Source: Anaerolineae bacterium
GTDB taxonomy: Bacteria > Chloroflexota > Anaerolineae > B4-G1 > DUEL01
Direction: 5' to 3'
DNA length: 64,000 nucleotides
NCBI GenBank assembly: GCA_016931695.1
Contig: JAFGEI010000148.1
Span: 11,394-75,393 of the forward strand
Shown here one piece after another: positions 46,126-54,462 of this stretch. The position numbers and the translations under genes were made by a program. Within the stretch, counting starts at the first letter, position 1; every line of letters starts with the position of its first letter. The notes beneath the pieces were generated by a model, which saw only the letters and a program-made list of their open reading frames with translations, made no database searches and had not been told where the DNA came from.

Positions 46126-47643
46126 ATGTCCAATCCATTGAAAATCTGTGATTTGATGCTGCGCGATGGTCACCAATCACTTTTGGCGACCCGCATGCGC
46201 ACCGACGACATGCTGCCGATCGCCCCCAAGATCGATCAGGTGGGTTACTGGGCGGTCGAGATGTGGGGCGGCGCGACGTTCGACTCGGCCATGCGCTTTC
46301 TGGACGAGAATCCGTGGGACCGCGTGCGGCGGCTCAAGGAAAAGATCCCCAACACGCCCTTTATGATGCTGCTGCGGGGGCAGAACGTCGTCGGTTACAA
46401 GCATTATCCTGACGACATCCTGGAGCGGTTCATTGTCCTCGCCCACGTTGCCGGGATCGACGTCTTTCGTATCTTTGACGCGCTGAACGACGTGCGGAAT
46501 ATGCGCAAGGCAATCGAGATCGTCAAGCGGGAAGGCGCTCACGCCCAGGCTTCTATCAGTTATACCATCGGCCCGCCGTACAGCGTCGACTATTTTGTGC
46601 AGACGTCCCGCCAGTTGGCTGAGATGGGGGCCGACACGATCTGTATCAAGGACATGGCCGGACTGATTACCCCTTACGTCGCCTACGAACTTGTCTCCCG
46701 CCTCAAGACCGATGTCGGGCTGCCCGTTCACCTGCATTCCCACTCGACCAGCGGCATGGCGACGGCGGCGCTGCTCAAAGCAGCCGAGGCGGGGGTCGAC
46801 ATCATCGATACCGCCATTTCCGCTCTCTCGGGCATGACCTCTCACCCCCCCACCGAGTCGATTGTGGCCTCGCTGGCTGGCTCCGAGCGCGATACCGGGC
46901 TGAACCTGAACCTGCTAGCCGAGATTGCAGCCTACTTTGGGCTGGTGCGGCGCAAGTACGCCCGCTTCGAAAGTGGTATGAGGGCCGCCGACGTGCGCGT
47001 GCTGCAGTACCAGATTCCCGGTGGCATGCTCTCCAACCTGGTCTCGCAGCTACGCGGGCAGAATGCCGAGGACAAGTACGAGGAGGTGTTGGCCGAGGTG
47101 CCCCGCGTGCGGGCCGAGTTGGGTTACCCGCCGCTGGTTACCCCGTCCAGCCAGATTGTCGGCACACAGGCGACGCTCAATGTCGTCCTGGGCGAGCGCT
47201 ACAAGATTATTCCGGAAGAGGTGCGACAGTACATTCGCGGCTACTACGGCCGCCCGCCAGCTGCCATCGATCCCCAGATCCAGCGCCTGGCCATCGGCGA
47301 TGAAGAACCGATCGACTGCCGCCCAGCTGACCTGATCCCGCCAGGTTGGGAGCAGGCGCGAGAGGAGATCGGTGACCTGGCGCGCAACGACGAGGACGTG
47401 CTGTCGTACGCGCTCTTTCCCCAGGTGGCCCGGCCCTTTCTGGAACGCCGCGCCCGGGGCAGCAATGGCCGGGAACCGGTCGTGGCGGGCGTTGCCGGCG
47501 TGCTGATCAAGCGGCTGCAGGAACAGGCCGCTGAGGCTGTTGTTGTGCCCGCTGGCCCGGCGATTTCGCCGTGGAAAGTCTCCTGGCGGCCCAGAACAGG
47601 CCGCTGGGGCGGCAACATCGACGGCGCGGGAGGGATGAGATGA
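46126..47643 (+). CDS. Pyruvate/oxaloacetate carboxyltransferase (PycB/OadA/transcarboxylase 5S family), no biotinyl domain
   Basis: LRDGHQSL, EMWGGATFD, IKDMAG, HSH, QIPGGMLSN, PLVTPSSQIVG; no MKM motif. Confidence 0.92.
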   Translation: MSNPLKICDLMLRDGHQSLLATRMRTDDMLPIAPKIDQVGYWAVEMWGGATFDSAMRFLDENPWDRVRRLKEKIPNTPFMMLLRGQNVVGYKHYPDDILERFIVLAHVAGIDVFRIFDALNDVRNMRKAIEIVKREGAHAQASISYTIGPPYSVDYFVQTSRQLAEMGADTICIKDMAGLITPYVAYELVSRLKTDVGLPVHLHSHSTSGMATAALLKAAEAGVDIIDTAISALSGMTSHPPTESIVASLAGSERDTGLNLNLLAEIAAYFGLVRRKYARFESGMRAADVRVLQYQIPGGMLSNLVSQLRGQNAEDKYEEVLAEVPRVRAELGYPPLVTPSSQIVGTQATLNVVLGERYKIIPEEVRQYIRGYYGRPPAAIDPQIQRLAIGDEEPIDCRPADLIPPGWEQAREEIGDLARNDEDVLSYALFPQVARPFLERRARGSNGREPVVAGVAGVLIKRLQEQAAEAVVVPAGPAISPWKVSWRPRTGRWGGNIDGAGGMR

Positions 47644-48128
47644 AGCAAGAGTTTACCATCACGCTCGATCACGTCGAGTATCCTATTGTTGTCGACGGGG
47701 ATACGATCACGGTCAACGGACGCCCATTCGTCGTGGAGGTTGCCGAAGACGGCACGGTGCTGATTGACGGCATCTCCTACGACTTGAGCGTCGGCGAAGA
47801 GGCAGTGACCGTCGATAGTGAAACGTATCCTTACCAGTTCGCTGGGCTGGCGGTATCGGCAGCAGTTGCCCCCCCCACCCCACTCAGGGGAGCGCCCGCG
47901 GTGGCGGTGGCGGGCACCGGCGCGGTACTGGCGATCATGCCCGGCAAGATTGTGCGGGTGATGGTCGAGCTGGGGCAGGAAGTGAACGAAGGTGACCCGG
48001 TTTGTGTGCTCGAAGCGATGAAGATGGAGAACGAGCTCAACGCCCGCCAGGGCGGTGTAGTGCGGGCCGTTCACATCAAGCCTGGCGACGATGTGGAAAA
48101 AGACCAGGTCCTGGTAGAAATTGAGTAG
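47640..48128 (+). CDS. Biotin carboxyl carrier protein
   Basis: LEAMKMENE; ATGA overlap with the upstream gene. Confidence 0.93.
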   Translation: MKQEFTITLDHVEYPIVVDGDTITVNGRPFVVEVAEDGTVLIDGISYDLSVGEEAVTVDSETYPYQFAGLAVSAAVAPPTPLRGAPAVAVAGTGAVLAIMPGKIVRVMVELGQEVNEGDPVCVLEAMKMENELNARQGGVVRAVHIKPGDDVEKDQVLVEIE

Positions 48129-48141
48129 GATAAAGACATTT

Positions 48142-48999
48142 TTACCGCGGTGCCTCGATATCGATCGGTGCACCCACGTCGTAGGTGTCATACACCAGGC
48201 TCAGCGTCCCCTGGCCCTGGTAATAGGCACTGAACGTTCCGCTTCCGTCAAAGGTGTAGCGGACCACGTACCCGCCGTCGAGGGCCACGTACACCTCGCC
48301 ACGCCCACTGATTGTCCCGTAATCTGTCGGTATGTCCTGTTCGTCGTAGGTGTAGTGAGCGCACAGAATCTCGTTGATCGTTTCGTCCGGCATGACACGC
48401 TGGAACTGGCTCGCATAGGGTAGAAAATCCCCCACCGAGAACATCTGCTCGCTGAACGGTAGCTCCTCTGTACTGTCAGGGACCAGGACCCAGGGTTGAT
48501 AGGCGAGCTTGAACCACATCCGGGTGCCAATCCAAATGACCTGCAGGCCATCCGGCAGCACGAGCCCCTCCGGCCCTTCAATGCTGATCCGCATGTGTAC
48601 GGCTTCTTCCACCGTGTTCACGTCGGCGTCATAGTAGTACGTGCCGGCACCGTTGCCATTCACGTCGGTGAACGAGGCAACCATGCGCTGGCGGAAACTG
48701 CCCAGGTGTCCTAACCCGGCATCCCGCGCATCCAGGGTAACAACCTCCAGTTCGGGGATTCCGGCAACTTCCAACGGCTGTTGCTCGGCCGGTATGATTG
48801 GAGAAGGTTGTGCAGCGGTCGGGACTGCCGCCGGCAGCCCCGTGGCGGTGGGGGCTGTTGTCGCCGCATCGCTTGCCAGGGGCACGGCGGTCGGCCCTGT
48901 GCTGCTTTCCTGGCCTGTGCCGCAGGCCAGGCCGGCCAGTCCAACCAGCGCGATTGAGGTGGCGAGCAGCAGCCATTTATTGGCAACACTGGGATTCAT
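48142..48999 (-). CDS. Lipoprotein, possibly LppX/LprAFG-like lipid carrier fold
   Basis: Lipobox LAGLAC, Pro/Thr/Ala linker, beta-rich domain ending YDVGAPIDIEAP. Confidence 0.65.
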   Translation of the reverse strand: MNPSVANKWLLLATSIALVGLAGLACGTGQESSTGPTAVPLASDAATTAPTATGLPAAVPTAAQPSPIIPAEQQPLEVAGIPELEVVTLDARDAGLGHLGSFRQRMVASFTDVNGNGAGTYYYDADVNTVEEAVHMRISIEGPEGLVLPDGLQVIWIGTRMWFKLAYQPWVLVPDSTEELPFSEQMFSVGDFLPYASQFQRVMPDETINEILCAHYTYDEQDIPTDYGTISGRGEVYVALDGGYVVRYTFDGSGTFSAYYQGQGTLSLVYDTYDVGAPIDIEAPR

Positions 49000-49319
49000 G
49001 GTGCGAAAATTCCCTGCATTTGTGTCACCAGGCGCATATCGCCGCTGACCTTGACCCGCCCTTGCATAAAGGCGGCGATAGGATTCAACGTCCCGCTGGC
49101 AATGGCGATGAAATCATCCGCCGTCATCGACATCGTGGCCGAGATAGAGCGAGTCTCGCCTTCCTCCAGCATGGCCTGCCCGTTTTCGGCGTACAGGGTC
49201 CATTTCCCGCCGCCCTCCCCAAAAAGGTCCAGGAGCACGGCAACGCCCTCCAGTCCTACCAGCTCCGAAGGCTCGACGCGAGCAAGATGGTCCAGCAAAA
49301 TTTGATCGACTGACGTCAT
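48996..49319 (-). CDS. SCP2 sterol/lipid-binding domain protein
   Basis: GEGGGKWTL...DFIAIASGTLNPIAAFMQGRVKVSGD; GAGG RBS. Confidence 0.88.
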   Translation of the reverse strand: MTSVDQILLDHLARVEPSELVGLEGVAVLLDLFGEGGGKWTLYAENGQAMLEEGETRSISATMSMTADDFIAIASGTLNPIAAFMQGRVKVSGDMRLVTQMQGIFAP

Positions 49320-49455
49320 GGATTCACCTCGTCTAAGATTGGTCACTGACGACGAGGAGTATAACCGAAACCTGGCTTGCTGTCAATTGTCGATCCCAGT
49401 TGACAGTCTGTCCAGTCGATGGTAAAACCAGGTATTTCCAAAGGAGTGGTATGCG

Positions 49456-50076
49456 ATGACGACGACAATCATTCTCATCCGGCATGGACAGACCGCCTGG
49501 AACCGCGAGGCCCGCTTCCGCGGGCAGATGGACGTTCCCCTGGACGAGACCGGTCTCTGGCAGGCCCAGCGGACGGGAGAGTACGTCGCCGCACGGTGGC
49601 CCGCTGCGGCAGTCTACGCCAGTCCGCTGGGGCGTGCTGCGCAGACAGCCGCAGCTGTCGCCACTGCCCAGGGACTGCAAGCCCATCCCCACGACGGCTT
49701 GCTCGACATCAACTTTGGCGCATTGCAGGGACTGGCGACGGCGGAGGCCGAGGCCCGGTATCCCGACCTTTACCATGCCTGGCTCCATGCGCCCCATACC
49801 GTTCGCTTCCCCGGCGGAGAGAGCCTGGATGACGTCTGTGCCCGCTCTACGGGGGTTTTTCGCGATGTCGTTGCGCGGCACAGCAAAGAGTCGGTGGCCC
49901 TGGTGGCTCACACGGTGGTCAATCGTGTCTTGCTCTGTGCTGTTCTCGACCTGGGTCTGGACTATTTCTGGCGCCTGGCGCAGGATACGTGTGCTGTAAA
50001 TGTGATCGAATGGGACGGGGAAAAGGCCAATCTCTATCTGATGAACGATACCAGCCATCTCTGGCGGACCGCTTAG
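49456..50076 (+). CDS. Histidine phosphatase family protein (phosphoglycerate mutase-like)
   Basis: LIRHGQT, SPLGRAAQTA, PGGES, LVAH, NDTSHL. Confidence 0.92.
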   Translation: MTTTIILIRHGQTAWNREARFRGQMDVPLDETGLWQAQRTGEYVAARWPAAAVYASPLGRAAQTAAAVATAQGLQAHPHDGLLDINFGALQGLATAEAEARYPDLYHAWLHAPHTVRFPGGESLDDVCARSTGVFRDVVARHSKESVALVAHTVVNRVLLCAVLDLGLDYFWRLAQDTCAVNVIEWDGEKANLYLMNDTSHLWRTA

Positions 50077-50114
50077 ACGACAGTTTGCGCCTGCGCGAAG
50101 CGGCTCTGCAAGAG

Positions 50115-51653
50115 ATGTCGCTCCAGGTTGACCGCCTGACGCCGCGGGCGATCCAGGCGATCCTGCGCCGCCATCCCCGGCCTGGCGGGGGCATCTTTTC
50201 TCGCGACCAGCTTCTCCAGGCTTATCATCATCTCTGTGATGAAGGGCGAATGACGTTCGATGCGCGCCTGGCCCGCCGCCTGCGGCGCAAGCCGACGCGC
50301 ACCATCTCTGGCGTTGCCCCGCTCACCGTTCTGACCCCGCCCCACCCTTGCCGCGGGCGCTGCGTTTACTGCCCCGACGTCTCCAACGCGCCCAAATCTT
50401 ATCTGCCCGACGAGCCAGGTGTTCAGCGAGCGATCCGTTTTGGCTACGATCCCTTCGACCAGACTGCTGGCCGGCTGAGGGCTTTTCGTAACATTGGCCA
50501 CCCTACTGACAAGGTCGAGTTGTTGATCCTCGGCGGCACCTGGTCCGATTACCCGCCCGACTACCAGGAGGAATTCGTCCGCCGTTGCCTGGACGCGTTG
50601 AACGAAGCAGCGTCGGACAGCCTGGAGGCGGCGCAGCAGCGCAACGAGAGCGCCGCCCATCGCAACGTCGGCCTGGTTGTCGAGACCCGTCCGGACTGCA
50701 TCGACGACGCAGAGGTCCGCCGGCTGCGCTGGCTGGGTGTCACCAAGGTCCAGCTGGGCGCGCAGAGCCTGGACGATCGCATCCTGGCGCTCAACTGGCG
50801 GGGGCACACCGTCGCCGATACCCGGGCGGCGATGCGCCGGCTGCGGCTGGCGGGATTCAAGATTGTTCTGCACTGGATGCCCAATCTCCTCGGTGCCACG
50901 CCGGAGAGCGACCGGGAGGATTTTCGCCGGCTGTGGGACGATCCCGAGCTGCGCCCCGACGAGCTCAAGATCTATCCCTGCCTCTTGCTGCCCGATACTG
51001 GGCTCTATCACTTGTGGCGCGCGGGAGAGTATCACCCCTACGACGAGGAGACGTTGGTTTCGTTGCTGGCGTCTTGCAAGACGGACATCCCTCCCTACTG
51101 CCGGGTCAACCGGCTGATGCGCGACATTCCCGCCCCCGACATTGTCGCCGGGGTCGCCCGTTCGAACTTGCGGCAGGTCGTGCAGCAACGGATGGCAGAG
51201 ACGGGTGCAGTTTGCCGCTGCATCCGCTGCCGCGAGGTGCGAGGTGCGGCAATCGATGCAGAGACGCTGCGCCTTGCCGTCACGTCCTACGAAACGGATG
51301 GGACAGAGGAGCATTTTATCGCCTGGCAGACGCCGGAAGAACGTCTGGCGGGGTTTTTGCGCCTCTCGTTTCCCCAGGTTGCGCCCGAGATCCCCGAGCT
51401 GCGGGGATGCGCCCTGGTGCGCGAGCTGCACGTTTACGGCCCGGCGCTGCAGCTGGGCCGTCGGCAGGAGGGGCGTGCCCAGCACGCCGGATTGGGCAGC
51501 CGCTTGCTGGAGCAGGCCGGGCGGATGGCGCGGGAGGCAGGGTACGCCCGCCTGGCGGTGATTGCCGCCGTCGGCGTCCGCCCCTACTACCGGGAACGCG
51601 GCTTTGAGTTGGGCAAACTCTACATGGCGCGCGGGCTGGGTCGAGGAGAATGA
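50115..51653 (+). CDS. elp3: Elp3 tRNA-U34 acetyltransferase (radical SAM + GNAT)
   Basis: RTISGVAP, CRGRCVYCP, PKSYL, KVELLILGGTW, LKIYP, CRCIRCRE, RELHVYG, QHAGLG. Start uncertain. Confidence 0.9.
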   Translation: MSLQVDRLTPRAIQAILRRHPRPGGGIFSRDQLLQAYHHLCDEGRMTFDARLARRLRRKPTRTISGVAPLTVLTPPHPCRGRCVYCPDVSNAPKSYLPDEPGVQRAIRFGYDPFDQTAGRLRAFRNIGHPTDKVELLILGGTWSDYPPDYQEEFVRRCLDALNEAASDSLEAAQQRNESAAHRNVGLVVETRPDCIDDAEVRRLRWLGVTKVQLGAQSLDDRILALNWRGHTVADTRAAMRRLRLAGFKIVLHWMPNLLGATPESDREDFRRLWDDPELRPDELKIYPCLLLPDTGLYHLWRAGEYHPYDEETLVSLLASCKTDIPPYCRVNRLMRDIPAPDIVAGVARSNLRQVVQQRMAETGAVCRCIRCREVRGAAIDAETLRLAVTSYETDGTEEHFIAWQTPEERLAGFLRLSFPQVAPEIPELRGCALVRELHVYGPALQLGRRQEGRAQHAGLGSRLLEQAGRMAREAGYARLAVIAAVGVRPYYRERGFELGKLYMARGLGRGE

Positions 51654-52918
51654 CCACCAACCGCGTGATTCAGGTCAATGCCGGCGTCGTCGGGCCGCGC
51701 ACGGCCCGCTCCAGGACGGTGCAGATCAGGCTGCCGGGCGATTACGCGCACCTTTCTCCCGCCTACCTGGAAATTGCCCAGACCTATGCCAGCCCGCTGC
51801 TGTTTGGCCCTCCCCTCTGTGACGAGTTGATGGCGCTGGTGCAGCACATGTTTACCCCTGAAGAAGCCGCCCTGGTGCAGTACATCAAGTCGCCGCTCGG
51901 CCGGACAGCCAGGGCACTCGCCGCCGCTGCTTGCCGCCCGCTCGATCAGGTCGAACCGCTTTTGGAGCACCTGGTCAACCACAAGGGGGTATTGACCGGG
52001 TTTGCCGTGATAGGAAAGCGGCGCTACGGACTGCTTCCTCTGATGCCTGGCGCCTTTGAGACCGTCCTGTTTTGCACCTCGATGGACGTGCTCACATCCT
52101 GGCACCACCGATTTGCCGAACTGTTCACCGATCTGTACGAGACGGGCTTTATCGTCGATTATACTCAGCGGCCAGTGCAGGCAGTGCGCTACCTGCCGCT
52201 GGCTGAAGTAACCGATGGCCACCCGCTGGCCCTCCCGGCGGATCGGCTGGAGATGGTGCTCGATCGCCACGACCGTTTTGCGGTGGGTCTCTGCCAGTGC
52301 CGGCTGACCGGGCATCTGCTCGGGCGGGGCTGCGGGCGGCCGATGGAGAACTGTGTCGGTTTTGGGGACGTTGCCGATTACGTCGTCCAGCAGGGGCGGG
52401 GGCGGCGGGTGACGAAGCGGGATGTGATCGAGATCAAGGCCGAGGCCGAAGCGGCTGGCCTGGTCACCTGGGTCTCGGAGATCGACGTCGCTGGACGCCG
52501 CAACGGCATATCCTGCTCTTGCTGCGGCTGCTGCTGTCACGCCATGCGCACAGTCAGCGAGTTCAGCGCGCCGGGAATGTTTGCTCCCCCCCACTTTCTG
52601 CCCCAGGTCGACCTGGCTGCCTGCACCTACTGCGCCCGCTGTGCCCGCGCCTGCCCGATGGGGGCGATCACCGTGGATACGCGGAACAAGTCCTACCAGC
52701 ATGCAGCCGAACGGTGCATCGGCTGTGGTCTTTGTGCGTTGGCCTGTGACCGGCAGCAGGCGATTGAGATGGTGCCCAATCCTGACTACCACAAGCCACC
52801 GCAAGGCTTGTCCGCGCTGCTGCAACTGGCACCCAGCTATTTGCGCAATACCTGGTCGGCCTGGCGCAAACGGCAGGCAAACACAAGCGACGATGGTCGC
52901 GAAAAGAGGAGGTCATGA
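51650..52918 (+). CDS. 4Fe-4S dicluster ferredoxin-domain protein
   Basis: CQCR...C...C, CSCCGCCC, CTYCARCARACP, CIGCGLCALAC. Confidence 0.85.
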   Translation: MTTNRVIQVNAGVVGPRTARSRTVQIRLPGDYAHLSPAYLEIAQTYASPLLFGPPLCDELMALVQHMFTPEEAALVQYIKSPLGRTARALAAAACRPLDQVEPLLEHLVNHKGVLTGFAVIGKRRYGLLPLMPGAFETVLFCTSMDVLTSWHHRFAELFTDLYETGFIVDYTQRPVQAVRYLPLAEVTDGHPLALPADRLEMVLDRHDRFAVGLCQCRLTGHLLGRGCGRPMENCVGFGDVADYVVQQGRGRRVTKRDVIEIKAEAEAAGLVTWVSEIDVAGRRNGISCSCCGCCCHAMRTVSEFSAPGMFAPPHFLPQVDLAACTYCARCARACPMGAITVDTRNKSYQHAAERCIGCGLCALACDRQQAIEMVPNPDYHKPPQGLSALLQLAPSYLRNTWSAWRKRQANTSDDGREKRRS

Positions 52919-54462
52919 TGAACCAAAAGAGATTGTTGTCCAGGATTGTCTTGTTGCTCATCCTGCTTGGCGGGCTGTCCTCTGGCCCCGTTCTGGCCCA
53001 ACGGCCAATTCGCATCGTTTTTCTCCACCACTCCTGCGGCGAAAACTTGATCAACGAGGGTAGTGTGCGCGAGGGGCTGACCGCCCTGGGCTATGAGTTC
53101 TACGACCACGGCTACAACGGCGACGGGCTGCGGCTGGCCGATGGCTCGTACAGCGGCGTCAGCTTTGACGTGCCAGGCGACAACACCGACCCCGGCGGGC
53201 TTGCCGAGACTTTTGCCCAGCCGCTGCACGACCCGCCCGATAACGCCTTCAGCCACTTGATGCAATACGACGTCATCGCCTTCAAATCTTGCTTCCCCGT
53301 CAGCAACATTGCCGACGATTACCAGTTGGCCGAATATCAATCCTACTACCTTGCCATCCGCGAGCGGATGGACCAGTATCCGGACAAGGTCTTTATCGTC
53401 GTCACCCAGCCGCCCCAGGTGCCTGGCAGCAGCGACGATGCCGAGGCCCGGCGCGCGCGTGCGCTGGCCGACTGGCTCCAATCGGACGAGTACCTGGGTG
53501 GCCATCCCAATGTTTTTACCTTTGACTTTTTTGGCTACCTGGCAGGGGAGGATAATTTTCTGCGGCCCGAGTACCGCTATGACAATTATGATGCCCATCC
53601 CAACGAGCGGGCCAATCGTGACATTGGGCCGCTTTTTGTCGACTGGATTGACCGGGTGGTGCGCAGCTATGACACCGGGCAGCCACGCCCAACGCCGCTC
53701 CCACCGCCCCCGGCTCCTCCAGACGAGGAGAACGGCGGGGACGTCGCTCCTCCCGCCGTCGAGCCCCCGGTCGGGGCGGGTGTCGTCGACGACTTTGAGA
53801 CGATGGGATACTGGGAAGCTGCTGCCGGGGAGGGTTCCGCCGTCGAATGCAACGCCGATTCAGGCGTGGCCCACGGCGGTACCACGTCCCTCCACATCTA
53901 CTACCTCGTCGAGCCGTACGGCTGGGCTGACTGCGGCCGGCACTTTGACGAACTCCAGGATTGGAGCGGCGGGCAGGGCTTTTCTTTCTGGCTGCGCGCC
54001 GACCGGGCTGGCGAGCCGCTGACCCTGATGCTCTTTTCCGGCGCTCCCGAAGCACCCACCCCGTTCGAGGTCTATGTCGAGACGACAGGCGAAAGTACGA
54101 CGGGATGGCAATATTTTTTCTTTCCCTGGGAAGAATTCGCTCGCGCCGAGTGGGCCGACGCGGGAGGCATCGACGAGATCGACCCGGTGCGGATGACGGG
54201 CTATGGCATTGACTTTGCGGCCCAGGACGCTGCCCGCGAGGGGACGGTCTGGATCGACGACGTTGCCCTGGACGGCGTGGTCGGCGCCCCGCCGCCGGCA
54301 GACAGCGGCGATGCGGAACCAGTCCCCGTGCCCGAGTCGCTCGACGTGGAAGATGGCAATGGAGAAGAGGAAGAACCAGGCGGCGGTTTGTGTGCTTCCG
54401 CTTCTTTCCTGCCCTTGGGGACAGTGATCCTGCTTGCCATCTGCAGGAGAAGAAGGATATGA
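52915..54462 (+). CDS. Secreted protein: SGNH-like domain, CBM11-like domain and C-terminal membrane anchor
   Basis: Signal peptide; FLHHSCG...FKSCFP...DAHPN; VDDFE...DWSGGQGFSFWL...VWIDDV; C-terminal GGGLC + hydrophobic helix + RRRR. Confidence 0.65.
   Translation: MMNQKRLLSRIVLLLILLGGLSSGPVLAQRPIRIVFLHHSCGENLINEGSVREGLTALGYEFYDHGYNGDGLRLADGSYSGVSFDVPGDNTDPGGLAETFAQPLHDPPDNAFSHLMQYDVIAFKSCFPVSNIADDYQLAEYQSYYLAIRERMDQYPDKVFIVVTQPPQVPGSSDDAEARRARALADWLQSDEYLGGHPNVFTFDFFGYLAGEDNFLRPEYRYDNYDAHPNERANRDIGPLFVDWIDRVVRSYDTGQPRPTPLPPPPAPPDEENGGDVAPPAVEPPVGAGVVDDFETMGYWEAAAGEGSAVECNADSGVAHGGTTSLHIYYLVEPYGWADCGRHFDELQDWSGGQGFSFWLRADRAGEPLTLMLFSGAPEAPTPFEVYVETTGESTTGWQYFFFPWEEFARAEWADAGGIDEIDPVRMTGYGIDFAAQDAAREGTVWIDDVALDGVVGAPPPADSGDAEPVPVPESLDVEDGNGEEEEPGGGLCASASFLPLGTVILLAICRRRRI

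Noticed and set aside
49380..49407. Inverted repeat CTGTCAA...TTGACAG
   Set aside because: Most simply two back-to-back -35 boxes of divergent promoters.
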